From Desulfurococcales archaeon (GTDB lineage: Archaea > Thermoproteota > Thermoprotei_A > Sulfolobales > Desulfurococcaceae): a stretch of DNA of 64,000 nt. The stretch is from positions 256,001 to 320,000 of the forward strand of contig JALVYU010000031.1 in NCBI GenBank assembly GCA_027022365.1, written 5' to 3'. The position numbers were made by a program, and so were the translations under genes. Shown piece after piece: positions 1 to 9,715 of this stretch (the stretch's first letter is position 1; every line of letters starts with the position of its first letter). The notes under the pieces are model-generated. The model had not been told where the DNA came from. It saw only the letters and a program-made list of their open reading frames with translations, and did not search any database.

Positions 1-500
1 ACTATTTCTTTCGCATACCCCAGTATCCCTTTTTCGAGACTAATTACCAGCTTATCCATGATCACGTCTGGATCCAGAACTGGTTCTGAGCCTCTGCCTC
101 TCCCCCTGTACCTGGCTTCCCTCGGCGTAGCCAGAACAATTGCAACGAGCTTTCCCGATGGTGTCTGAGACATGGATATTAGTTTGATCTCGTTTGGCTC
201 AATAAATGATTTTAGTAAGGAAATATTCTGTTTGGCTCTCCTATACGGTATATCGAGGCCTTTCTCCCTTGCAAGAGCGACCAGCTCTTCGAGGCTGGCC
301 TCGCTCTCTTTTTCTTTGATTCCTAATATGTTTGCGAGCTTCTCATAGTCGGGATACACATTATCCGTCTCGATCTCAACACAAATCTTCAACGTAACCC
401 TGCCGTTCTTGACTGCTAGGCCGCAAACCTTTCCGAAAAACAATGCCTCGGAGTCGTACACATTGGCATTCATAAGCTCATTAATACTGTAGAACCTCAA
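1..500 (-). CDS. Partial CDS (runs off the window edge), PRC-barrel-like hypothetical protein; not in the ORF track
   Basis: Manual translation from TTG at 500 (GGCGGTGG upstream) gives MRFYSINELMNANVYDSEALFFGKVCGLAV...VIMDKLVISLEKGILGYAKEI, open to the window edge. Two segments resemble PRC-barrel starts. Confidence 0.6.
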   Translation of the reverse strand, partial: MRFYSINELMNANVYDSEALFFGKVCGLAVKNGRVTLKICVEIETDNVYPDYEKLANILGIKEKESEASLEELVALAREKGLDIPYRRAKQNISLLKSFIEPNEIKLISMSQTPSGKLVAIVLATPREARYRGRGRGSEPVLDPDVIMDKLVISLEKGILGYAKEI

Positions 501-596
501 TATTCGCCACCGCCTAGTTATCCATTTATCTAGGAGGAACTTCATATAAAAATATGATTCTATATTTGATCATTGTTATAGTTGGTGCGCTGAATC

Positions 597-1493
597 ATGA
601 TCGATATATGCGGTGTATCGAGACAAGCCATTAGGATGGGTGTAGCCGACGTATATGCCTTGCTACAGGGCAGCAGTAGGTCTAGGATCAAGGGGGAGGG
701 AATGGAGTATGTAGACTTTAGACCCTATGCGCCGGGCGATGATATTAGGTATGTGGATTGGAGAATGAGTGCTAGGAGGACGGGGCCTGGGAAGACAATT
801 GATTTAGTTGTCAAGGAGTTTATGAGCGAAAAAATGGTCAATACACTTATAGCTGTGGATATGTCGTCTCAGCTGAACTTTAAAGAAAAAATAGCCGGGT
901 CCTTGTACACGGCATCACTGATGACTAGCCTTGCGGGCATCCTAGAAGACAGAGTTTATGTCGGGATCATCCGGGATGATCGTTACAGGGTCTTCGTTCC
1001 GCATAGGCCGAGAGACGCGATCTACTATCTGGCCAATACTGTGTGTAGGGAAAAACCTAGTGGTGGAGAAATCGATTCTGCAGTGCTATTTGCTGATATG
1101 GTTAGAAAGACTAGGATGATAAGAGGGGGAGTATTGATCACGGATTACTCGCACCGGCCCGACTATATAAAATCGTTGAAAAACCTCTTCAGGGCAAGAA
1201 GGCTTGGTATCGCGCTAATATATATGTATGACTGGGCCGAGATCAATCCTCCCCTCGACAAGGGCTTTATCCCCATATGCAGTCTCAGCGGGGAGTGCAT
1301 AGTGAATGATATTGGAGAGATATACAAGGCTATAAGAGAGCATGTACAAAGAATACGGGCGGTATCGAGACTAGTAACACCATATACGCTCAGCTTGGCT
1401 GGTCTCCAAGGCGCTAGGGCGAACAAGCTAAGGATAATGGATGCATACCTGTCTATAAGGGCGAGGAAACCACCAGTCTTATCGAGGAGATGA
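597..1493 (+). CDS. DUF58-domain protein (family usually associated with MoxR/VWA systems)
   Basis: GEGMEYVDFRPYAPGDDIRYVDWRMSAR and VKEF signature of DUF58. Confidence 0.85.
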   Translation: MIDICGVSRQAIRMGVADVYALLQGSSRSRIKGEGMEYVDFRPYAPGDDIRYVDWRMSARRTGPGKTIDLVVKEFMSEKMVNTLIAVDMSSQLNFKEKIAGSLYTASLMTSLAGILEDRVYVGIIRDDRYRVFVPHRPRDAIYYLANTVCREKPSGGEIDSAVLFADMVRKTRMIRGGVLITDYSHRPDYIKSLKNLFRARRLGIALIYMYDWAEINPPLDKGFIPICSLSGECIVNDIGEIYKAIREHVQRIRAVSRLVTPYTLSLAGLQGARANKLRIMDAYLSIRARKPPVLSRR

Positions 1494-2005
1494 CTATGGA
1501 GAATACTCTGAGAGCAGGCATAATAGTTGTAAGCGACACGGTTTATGAGGGGAGCAAACAAGACGTTAGCGGAGAAGTAGCCCGTGAGATCCTCTCATCC
1601 AGAGGCTACCGTGTAGTCGACAAAATAGTTGTCCCCAATAGATACAGGGAAATACTGCGTGCGATCAACGAACTGTCGGGGAAAACAGACTTCATAATAG
1701 CCATAGGAGGCACTGGTCCAAGCCCCAGAGACATAACGGTAGACGTCGTAGAAAGTATTGCATGGAGGAAAATACCGGGATTCGGCGAGATATTCAGGCT
1801 AAGATCCTATGAGGAAATAGGGATGCGAGGAGCAATCTCTAGGGCAGAGCTATTCATACTGGCCAACGGCACCCCGGTCGCTGTAACCCCCGGCTCCACA
1901 GCGGCGGTCAAATTAGCTCTGAGCTTACTCCTAGAAATAATAGATCATCTCGTCGAGGAGTCACGCAGGTATGAGGGACAACACCGTATCTATGTTGAGA
2001 AATAG
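1490..2005 (+). CDS. moaB: Molybdopterin adenylyltransferase, MoaB/MogA family
   Basis: IIVVSD, DVSG, GGTGPSPRDIT, IPGFGE, SRA and PGS motifs; ATGA overlap with the upstream gene. Confidence 0.9.
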   Translation: MTMENTLRAGIIVVSDTVYEGSKQDVSGEVAREILSSRGYRVVDKIVVPNRYREILRAINELSGKTDFIIAIGGTGPSPRDITVDVVESIAWRKIPGFGEIFRLRSYEEIGMRGAISRAELFILANGTPVAVTPGSTAAVKLALSLLLEIIDHLVEESRRYEGQHRIYVEK

Positions 2006-2037
2006 AAAGAAGAAAAAAGATGAATAACGTATCTTTA

Positions 2038-3312
2038 TCAACCAGTGATGTTGACGCCGTAGAATTCCTTCGCGGCCCTAAAGAATTCTTCCGGAGAAGC
2101 CGTTATTGTCGGCGCATCCCCAGCCGTCTTCTTGACTATATCGGGGTCCTTTAAGCCGTGACCTGTTACTAGCACAACTATTGTCTCGTCCCTGTCGACC
2201 TTGCCTTCCTTGAGGGCCTTGATCAGGCCTGCAAGGCCTGCGGCGCCGCTGGGCTCGGCAAATATACCCTCCATGCTCGCCAGAAGCTTCATAGCCTCAA
2301 TTATCTCTGGATCACTCACCACTACGCCGTAACCATTGGTTCTATAGAGTGCTCTCAGGCCCGCGTCGCCATCCCATGGGAATGTGTCCTCTAGGCCCGT
2401 TGCGATGGTCTCCGGCGGCTTCTCCCAAGGCCTTATCTTATCCGGGTCGGCACGCTCCATCCAGGCCCTGACGAATGGGTGGTTACCCTCAGGCTGTACT
2501 GCCACCATCTTGGGATACTTGTCTATCCAGCCAACATTGTTCCAGTCCCTAAACCCGTTATAGACTCCAGTTAATAGGCTGGCGGCGCCTGTAGGTATGA
2601 AGACCTGGTCCGGCACCCGTAGCCCTAGCTGCTCAACTATCTCCATGGCAATAGTCTTGGGTCCCTCGATCTGGTATGGGTTGAACGGCCCGAAGCTAGG
2701 GGATGGATAGAACCCATAGTTTTCCGCGAGCAGGCGCATCATCTTAACGGTCGGGTCTTCGGCCTCCGTCCATCTTACCCTGAACACCTTGGCCCCGTAG
2801 AATAGTAGCTGTGCGATCTTGCCGTACCCGGCGAAGTCGGGGACGAAGGCATATACTTCTATCCCGGCCCGAGCACCATAGGCGGCTAGAGCGGCCGCTG
2901 CGTTACCGCTGCTGGCGACCACCGCTCTTTTGAAGCCAAAGTATTTTGCCATGCTCACCGATACACTCATGCATCTATCCTTGAAGCTACCCGTAGGGTT
3001 ACGGGTCTCGTCCTTCAGGTATAGGTTTTTGAGGCCTAGATGCTCGGCAAGCCTCTTAGCTTTTATAAGCGGCGTGTAGCCTTCGCCCAAGCTGATAATG
3101 TATTTCTCGTCGGGTACTGGTAGGAACTCCTTGTATCTCCACATATTCTTGTCTCTCTTCTTGATTTCGTCGAGGCTTACCGCCTCCTTTATAGCCTCAT
3201 AGTCATATATTATGTCGAGTCTCCCCAGATCCTTCTTACGGCACATGACCGGTTTATCTTCCAGCCTATATATGGTTCCACAACGACTACATTTCAGATA
3301 CTGGACATACAC
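2038..3312 (-). CDS. thrC: Threonine synthase (PLP fold II) with an N-terminal Zn-ribbon-like CxxC
   Basis: SLGEGYTPL, KDETRNPTGSFKDR (PLP Lys), ASSGNAA, EGIFAEPS, TGHGLKD. Start moved to GTG 3312 behind a GGGTG SD. Confidence 0.85.
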   Translation of the reverse strand: MYVQYLKCSRCGTIYRLEDKPVMCRKKDLGRLDIIYDYEAIKEAVSLDEIKKRDKNMWRYKEFLPVPDEKYIISLGEGYTPLIKAKRLAEHLGLKNLYLKDETRNPTGSFKDRCMSVSVSMAKYFGFKRAVVASSGNAAAALAAYGARAGIEVYAFVPDFAGYGKIAQLLFYGAKVFRVRWTEAEDPTVKMMRLLAENYGFYPSPSFGPFNPYQIEGPKTIAMEIVEQLGLRVPDQVFIPTGAASLLTGVYNGFRDWNNVGWIDKYPKMVAVQPEGNHPFVRAWMERADPDKIRPWEKPPETIATGLEDTFPWDGDAGLRALYRTNGYGVVVSDPEIIEAMKLLASMEGIFAEPSGAAGLAGLIKALKEGKVDRDETIVVLVTGHGLKDPDIVKKTAGDAPTITASPEEFFRAAKEFYGVNITG

Positions 3313-3440
3313 TTCATGAACACCCGAGCGTTTCTCTATTCCTCTATGGTTGTCGCAGATAGGTATTATTGTTATCCATAGGATCATGGATAACCGTATT
3401 AGCGCTACATGACTATAACCTATCAACAGGGCGCAAGGTA

Positions 3441-4166
3441 TTGGTACGACACGTAAAGAAGGAGAAACATGCAATATGCTTTGAGATCCAGGACGCCATG
3501 AAGCGTACTGGATGCCCTATCTGCAGTATCCTGAGAAATCTAGAAGAGGACACGATCAAGTACATGCTGTACAGCCAGGTAAACGATCCAGCTGTCCGCA
3601 GAAAGCTGAGGCAAAGCCTCGGTCTATGCCCTTATCACGCATGACTTCTAGCAGACATCGTAAGGGGGAATCCAGAAATTGATCTCCTCGGTCCATCGAT
3701 AATATACGAGGATATGCTCAGAACATATCTTGAAGAAAGGAAAGACACTAGTGGTGAGTGCTTCCTATGTGCTAAAACAAGAGAGTTCGAGAGAATTTAT
3801 ATTGAAGAGATGGCTTCATGCATCGAGATAGATCCAACTATGCTCGACGAGTATAGTAGGAGCCGCTCGATACTGTGCCGCAGACACTATGAAATGCTTT
3901 TAAGTCATCTAGACGGGGTACTCAGAGCCAAGCTCAAAGAGATACAGCTCAAGAAACTTAAGAAGATACTACATAATCTCTCAGAATATACAGAATATAT
4001 AAGGAAGCAGGATTACAGGGTCGAAGAAGCCCTAACATACGATGAGGCACGGGCATGGCTGGACGCTATAATATTTCTGAAAGGAGAACGTATATCCACT
4101 AATATCTATTCAAGAGAGGAGGTCAGGGAGAAGCATAGGAGGCGTAGACGTCTATTCTTGTTCTAG
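3441..4166 (+). pseudogene. DUF6062-like Cys/His protein interrupted by an in-frame TGA (3642-3644)
   Basis: ORFs 3369-3644 and 3714-4166 share a frame and the sequence between them is open: ...GLCPYHA*LLADIVRGNPEIDLLGPSIIYEDMLR... There are two CxxC...CxxH units (CPIC/CPYH and CFLC/CRRH). Confidence 0.65.
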
Positions 4167-4469
4167 GTAATGCCATGCAGAATTATGTATAGGGCCCTCA
4201 ATACCGGTCTTCAAAAGATCCTCTATCTCCTCTTCAGCCAGAAGTATTCTTGCAAGCTTCAAAACATTTTCCATTGAAGGGTTCCGTCGAACACTCCTAA
4301 TAAGTCCTGGGTGGTATTCTTTAGAGTATATCATTGACTTTATTATGTCTTCGAGTAATCTTCTACCATCACTGTTCAATACATCTCTGCTGAAATATAT
4401 TCTATAGCCCCTCAGTAGTTTCCTCATCAGGTTCTCAGCATATTTTCGATAACCTGTCAATGCTTTCAT
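4152..4469 (-). CDS. Hypothetical small helical protein
   Basis: 105-aa ORF filling the gap with plausible composition; no motif recognised. Confidence 0.6.
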   Translation of the reverse strand: MKALTGYRKYAENLMRKLLRGYRIYFSRDVLNSDGRRLLEDIIKSMIYSKEYHPGLIRSVRRNPSMENVLKLARILLAEEEIEDLLKTGIEGPIHNSAWHYLEQE

Positions 4470-4525
4470 CCATATTCTCGAAAAGATAATAAAATATTGG
4501 GGATTATTATAGCTTAGGTGTAATT

Positions 4526-5158
4526 ATGATCAGCCCTTCAACCGGTCATGTGAGATACGAACTATTTGTAGAAGCCATGGGGAAATTAAAAGAGGCAGCA
4601 CTACTGATGATTATTGGCAATATCTTGGCGTCGATCGGTACTGTTTCAATACTCCCCGCACTCGTTACAGGGTATCATGGCTTAGGCATTGGGCTGATCT
4701 CCGGTGCGGCAGCAATTGTGGGCCTCATCATCATATTGATCGCGCTATACATGCACGTGGTTCCCTCATTTGAGCTATTAAGGGATTACAAGCCCAGCGA
4801 ATACAGTACTGCGGCGACTCTTGTACGAATAGGTTATGTTTGGGGGGCAATACTGTTGATAGTAGGTATTGTTACGTTGATCATATTAATCGGCGCAGTA
4901 TTGTTGTTAATAGGTATAATCCTCTTACTACTCGGTAAAATAGGTATAATCATAGGCATGTTCCAGATAAATAGTGAAACAGGAGAATCAATGTTCTTAG
5001 TTGCAGGCATATTATTTATAATAGGACTATTCGTGCCCTTCCTATCATTTATAGGGTGGATACTGATCTACATTGCAGCGGATTCTGCTATAGCTAGAAT
5101 TAAGGAAAAAATAGGATCTCAACCAAGCACATCGCCAGAGTCAACAGACTTTATCTAA
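4526..5158 (+). CDS. Multi-pass membrane protein (DUF973/DUF996-like)
   Basis: About five hydrophobic helices; AGILFIIG...IGWILIY pattern; AGGTG SD. Confidence 0.65.
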   Translation: MISPSTGHVRYELFVEAMGKLKEAALLMIIGNILASIGTVSILPALVTGYHGLGIGLISGAAAIVGLIIILIALYMHVVPSFELLRDYKPSEYSTAATLVRIGYVWGAILLIVGIVTLIILIGAVLLLIGIILLLLGKIGIIIGMFQINSETGESMFLVAGILFIIGLFVPFLSFIGWILIYIAADSAIARIKEKIGSQPSTSPESTDFI

Positions 5159-5169
5159 GACGGCACGAA

Positions 5170-5216
5170 AGCCTAAGCGTTAATGCTAGGCTCAGATACG
5201 AACCGGAAGTTTTTTG
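5170..5216. terminator. Hairpin plus T-tract between convergent genes
   Basis: AGCCTA-AGCGTTAATGC-TAGGCT inverted repeat followed by TTTTTT. Confidence 0.35.
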
Positions 5217-5224
5217 TCACTTCA

Positions 5225-5650
5225 TTAATAACCCCTATTTTTCGGTAGATATATGTGTATTGACACAACCGCAACAAGTATTCTGCATTCCTTGTAACCG
5301 ATGGTTTCTAACCCTCCTTTGACGGGATAGACATATAATTTCATAGGCTTTACTGGTAGTAATTCCCAGATCTTACCCGGATCGATATCCTCTGGTTCGG
5401 GAACTCCCAGATCTATTACTATAACTGAATTCTTAAGCCCATAAGTACCGAGCTCGTCAGGGGCTGGTATGCAAACCCTGTGTATTATATCATTGATTGC
5501 TCTCGCTACGGCAACCATTGTTTCGGCGTGCATTAGATCAATGCCTATACCAGTCTCTATTATAAGGCGTCCATACCCCTTGTTTTTGAGATCAATATGT
5601 ATTTTCAGCCTTTCCTCAGGAGATTTAATTAAAAAATAGTTCTTTTTCAT
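5225..5650 (-). CDS. Lin0512-family protein
   Basis: IIETGIGIDLMH..TMVAVARAINDIIH and C-terminal V.GGL...VAVV match the Lin0512 pattern; GGTGA SD. Confidence 0.65.
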   Translation of the reverse strand: MKKNYFLIKSPEERLKIHIDLKNKGYGRLIIETGIGIDLMHAETMVAVARAINDIIHRVCIPAPDELGTYGLKNSVIVIDLGVPEPEDIDPGKIWELLPVKPMKLYVYPVKGGLETIGYKECRILVAVVSIHIYLPKNRGY

Positions 5651-5674
5651 CGAGATTATTCACCTCTGAGAAAC

Positions 5675-7171
5675 TTATTGTAGATATTTCCATTCTAGGT
5701 ACTCTATGAAGTATTTGGCCTCGTACTCCTCGCCGAATGCTTTCCTTAGCAGTTCTTTGGGCGCGTAGGTGGAGCCCCACTTATGTATTTTTTCTCTCTG
5801 CCAGTCTTGGATCGGCTTGTACTCCTTGTTCCTTATTTTCTCGTAGAGGTCTGGCATGTCTTTGAGAAGATGGTGTCTCATCTGCGCCGCAACAAGGTTT
5901 CCGAGGGTATATGTTGGGAAGTAGCCTATGCTTCCTATGCTCCAGTGTATGTCTTGTAGGATGCCCTCAGAATAGTTTCTAGGCCTTACGCCTATGAGTT
6001 CCTCCATGTACTGGTTCCATATCTCTGGTAGTTCGTCAACCTTTATTTCACCGGTCAGTAATTGTTTCTCGAGCTTTGTCCTCAATAGTATGTGGAGGTT
6101 GTAGGTTACTTCGTCCGCCTCTGTTCTTATTAGGCTCGGCCTGACTGTATTGAAGTAGTAGTAGATGTCCTCAGCATCATAGTCTTTGAGGAAATCGAGA
6201 TACTGTTTAAGCAGAGGGGTCAGCACTTCTACGAACTCCTTGCTCCTCCCTATAATGTTCTCCCAGAACCTTGATTGTCCCTCGTGTATGCCTAGGCTTA
6301 CACCATTACCTATAGGGGTTGCCATTAACCGCTCATCGATCTGTAGCTGATAGAGTGCGTGGCCGAACTCGTGAACCACACTAAGTATGCTCCGCTTAAA
6401 GTCGAAGCCCTCATACCTAGTGGTGATCCTTACGTCCTTTATCCCCATTGACTGGGTGAAGGGATGGGCTGACTCGTCAAGTCTTGCTCTACTGCCTAAA
6501 GGAAAGCCTAGGATCTCCAATATCCTCTTATTGACGATCCTCAGTTTATCGGGATCATACTTGATCTTCTCGAGCTCATGCTCCGCCGGGTACTTGCCGG
6601 AGCTCATGATCTTCTCGAGTATCCTCCTGATCCTTGGCTCGAGGTACCCGAATACTCTATCAACGTCCCTCGTCCTCAAGCCTTCCTCGAAAAGATCGAG
6701 CAGTGCGTCGTAGGGATGTTCTTCCCAGCCTAGATAATCAGCTATTTTCCGGGCCAGCTGAACGATCTTCTCTAGGTATGGCTTGAATATACTGAAGTCG
6801 TTCTTCTCCTTGGCAACCCTCCAATACTGCGTGGCTTCCTGGCTTATCCTAGCGTACTCAGCTATTACTTCTGGAGGTACTTTCAGCGCCTTCTCTATGT
6901 TCCTCTTAACAACCCTGATAACGCCTTTCTCATAATCGTTAAGGTCTTCCTGTTTCTCGGCTTTCTCGACAAGTTCTCTTATCTCGGGGCTAAGTATGAT
7001 CTTCTGCTTCAGAACAGCTAGTTCCGATTGAGCGATTGCTCGCTCCTGTATTCCCTCTCTAGGCATGTAGGTCTCTGCATCCCATCCCATTAGAGCTGTG
7101 GCGTGATCCAAGGCCCATAGGACGCGTAGCTTATTGGTCAGTTCTTTTATCACGGGGTTCTGGAATACCAA
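5675..7171 (-). CDS. Carboxypeptidase, M32 family (Taq-type)
   Basis: HPF, HEFGH (HExxH), HEGQS, IRTEADE, QDIHW and GYFPTY motifs. Confidence 0.95.
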   Translation of the reverse strand: MVFQNPVIKELTNKLRVLWALDHATALMGWDAETYMPREGIQERAIAQSELAVLKQKIILSPEIRELVEKAEKQEDLNDYEKGVIRVVKRNIEKALKVPPEVIAEYARISQEATQYWRVAKEKNDFSIFKPYLEKIVQLARKIADYLGWEEHPYDALLDLFEEGLRTRDVDRVFGYLEPRIRRILEKIMSSGKYPAEHELEKIKYDPDKLRIVNKRILEILGFPLGSRARLDESAHPFTQSMGIKDVRITTRYEGFDFKRSILSVVHEFGHALYQLQIDERLMATPIGNGVSLGIHEGQSRFWENIIGRSKEFVEVLTPLLKQYLDFLKDYDAEDIYYYFNTVRPSLIRTEADEVTYNLHILLRTKLEKQLLTGEIKVDELPEIWNQYMEELIGVRPRNYSEGILQDIHWSIGSIGYFPTYTLGNLVAAQMRHHLLKDMPDLYEKIRNKEYKPIQDWQREKIHKWGSTYAPKELLRKAFGEEYEAKYFIEYLEWKYLQ

Positions 7172-7474
7172 GATCGTGCACCTATTACGTTGTATTAGTT
7201 TTTATCATAACGTATTACTAAGCGATCTCAATATTATAAACAAATTGTTTCAACATCATTCTAATGCCTGTTCATAGCTTGACATATGATCATTTAGTTC
7301 AACTATTGACTCTTAGTTCTCGGCAAACTAATTCTGTGATTATTGATGAGATTAGAATTCATTGATTTAAGCTTGGTCAAAGAAATTATAACGGTTTTAT
7401 AGTCGATAATAAAGCTTATCTTTTATTTCTAAAAAGTATATGTATATACGAAGAATTTTAACTGGGTGTATACG

Positions 7475-9325
7475 TTGATAAGTGGCGGCGTATTAATAAT
7501 AATAGCCCTCATAATCTATGCGATCTTCTACTTCACCCACGGCAGGTATCTACAGAACAAGGTCGTCAAGGCGGACCCCAACAGACCAACACCCGCACAG
7601 AAGCTATACGATGGAGTAGACTATGTCCCGGCAAACAAGTATGTCCTATACGGTCATCACTTCGCCTCGATTGCGGGCGCCGGCCCAATAGTTGGCCCGG
7701 CCATCGCGCTTGGCTGGGGATGGCTCCCATCGATCATCTGGATCTGGTTCGGCAACGTCTTCATTGGAGTAGTCCACGACTACCTCGCCCTAATGAGCAG
7801 TGTAAGATATGATGGACGCAGCATCGGATGGGTAGCCGGCGAGATGCTGGGAAGAAGAGCTATGTTTGTATTCAATAGCTATATATGGTTCGCACTAGTC
7901 CTAGTGGTGGCGGCGTTCGGCTTCGTAATATCAGTATTATTCACCGCCACCGAGGGAGCTGGTCTAACGGCACTACTCCTCTTGTTCTTCGCAGTTATAG
8001 TTGGCTTCCTAATGTATAAGTCCCCTGTAGGGTTCAAGGGAGGAACAATCATTGCTTGGATATTCATAATAATAGCGATATATCTCGGCGTGCAGTGCCA
8101 GCTCAACCACTGGCTCAACCTAACCTTCGACGAGTGGCTGATCATACTATTGATCTACATTATTATCGCGGCATCACTGCCCGTATGGGTACTGCTACAG
8201 CCGCGTGACTATATGAACGCCTACATACTATGGGCCAGCCTGGCGATCGGAGGCGGCGCGCTCATATGGCTGGCGATACAGGGCCAGGGAGCACTGGTGT
8301 TCCCGTCCTTCACTAAGTTCGACGCCAACATTGTAGGCGGGCAGCCCTCGCCCTTCTACCCAACAGTCCCGCTAATAATCGCCTGTGGAGCACTGTCTGG
8401 ATTCCACAGCCTAGTGGGAAGCGGTACGACCAGCAAGCAGTTGGCCAATGAGTTGCACGGATTATTCGTAGCATATAGTGGTATGGAGACCGAGGGCTTC
8501 CTATCAACAATGGTAGTAGGCTCAATGGCAGGGTACGGCGTATATGCGTTTGTCGATGGAATAATCAAGAACTGGAGCAAGGTAAGCGGCTTAGTTGATA
8601 GTATTGCCAAGACCCTAGGAATAGGCAGCGTGACTAACACGCCGAGCTCGGTTCAAGCATTCATGAATGCCCTCGTAAACAACCCGTCTGCCTTCGGTAC
8701 ATGGTATGCTAAGCTGGCTGGTGCCGTAAAATGGAGCGTGATCCCGCGGAGCTACGCCTATGCTGTCAACTACGCATTCGGATGGGATATAACAGTCATG
8801 ACGATCTTCGCCACTCTATGGATCACAGGGTTCGCATTGACTTCGCTTGATACCGCTACTAGGCTCGGCAGATATGCATGGCAGGAGCTAATGGTGCCCT
8901 TGAAGGAAAAGGCTACGGGCGCGTATAAGGTACTGGCTAATAAGTGGGTTGCAGCGGCCATACTTGCAATTGTAGGAATAGCTCTGGCCTGGAGCAAGGA
9001 GTTCTTAATAATCTGGCCAGCATTCGCCGGCATGAACCAGTTGCTGAGCAGCCTCGCACTAATGACGGTCGCGGTGTGGGTTGCCAAGGTACAGAAGGCG
9101 AGCGGGCTAGGAAAGTTCCTAGTGATAGCGCCAGCCGTCTTCATGTGGTTCACCGTAACCATTGCGTTGCTGTGGTACGAGGCGGTAGTTGTTCCCCCCA
9201 TGCTAGCCGCTGGCGGTACCAAGGCTGTAACCGCTATTGTGGTAGCCATAGTGACAGCTATCGGTGTTATACTGAACCTGTACCTGTTCATTCTCTGGGT
9301 GCTGAGAATGAGAAAGAGGGAGTGA
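7475..9325 (+). CDS. cstA: Carbon starvation protein CstA-family transporter (peptide/pyruvate)
   Basis: TPA...DGVDYVP, GHHFASIAGAGPIVGP, LPVWVLLQPRDY, IACGALSGFHSL, TSLDTATRLGRY. Likely TTG start at 7475 after GGGTG. Confidence 0.93.
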   Translation: MISGGVLIIIALIIYAIFYFTHGRYLQNKVVKADPNRPTPAQKLYDGVDYVPANKYVLYGHHFASIAGAGPIVGPAIALGWGWLPSIIWIWFGNVFIGVVHDYLALMSSVRYDGRSIGWVAGEMLGRRAMFVFNSYIWFALVLVVAAFGFVISVLFTATEGAGLTALLLLFFAVIVGFLMYKSPVGFKGGTIIAWIFIIIAIYLGVQCQLNHWLNLTFDEWLIILLIYIIIAASLPVWVLLQPRDYMNAYILWASLAIGGGALIWLAIQGQGALVFPSFTKFDANIVGGQPSPFYPTVPLIIACGALSGFHSLVGSGTTSKQLANELHGLFVAYSGMETEGFLSTMVVGSMAGYGVYAFVDGIIKNWSKVSGLVDSIAKTLGIGSVTNTPSSVQAFMNALVNNPSAFGTWYAKLAGAVKWSVIPRSYAYAVNYAFGWDITVMTIFATLWITGFALTSLDTATRLGRYAWQELMVPLKEKATGAYKVLANKWVAAAILAIVGIALAWSKEFLIIWPAFAGMNQLLSSLALMTVAVWVAKVQKASGLGKFLVIAPAVFMWFTVTIALLWYEAVVVPPMLAAGGTKAVTAIVVAIVTAIGVILNLYLFILWVLRMRKRE

Positions 9326-9426
9326 ATTAGACTACGCTAGAAAGAACAATGTAAGACTAATTTTGTTTTTTAAGCACCTATAACATACTGTCTGTTATAC
9401 ACAAGTGCTCACGAGGCGGTAGCTGC

Positions 9427-9699
9427 TTGGTTCTCAAGAAGCTATCTGATTTCTTCGATGCAATAGTATCTATTTTCAAGGGCCGTAGTGTTGAGTATAT
9501 TGAGGCAGAGCTTAGGGAGCTCGAGAACGTTTTCGCACTCATAGTCCTCGGCTCATTCATAGGATTACCCAGCCCTCCGTCCACGATAAGCTTGAGGCTC
9601 CTCCCCTACATGGGGAGAGAGCTTCTCGTGATGAGCAGGATAAGTGAGAGGCTAGACGATATGTTGGGAGAAATGGCCGGGTTGTTCGATATAGCCTAG
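9427..9699 (+). CDS. Small CstA/ArsA-operon accessory protein
   Basis: ELENVFALIVLGSFIGLPSPP...LRLLP; lies between cstA and the ArsA ATPase. Confidence 0.75.
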   Translation: MVLKKLSDFFDAIVSIFKGRSVEYIEAELRELENVFALIVLGSFIGLPSPPSTISLRLLPYMGRELLVMSRISERLDDMLGEMAGLFDIA

Positions 9700-9715
9700 A
9701 CGTAGGTGGTATGGT

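Noticed and set aside
3313-3474. N-terminal extensions in the ORF track (thrC here; similarly at 51079, 56356 and 40685)
   Set aside because: SD-supported downstream starts match the family N-termini, and the extensions run into promoter regions or neighbouring genes.
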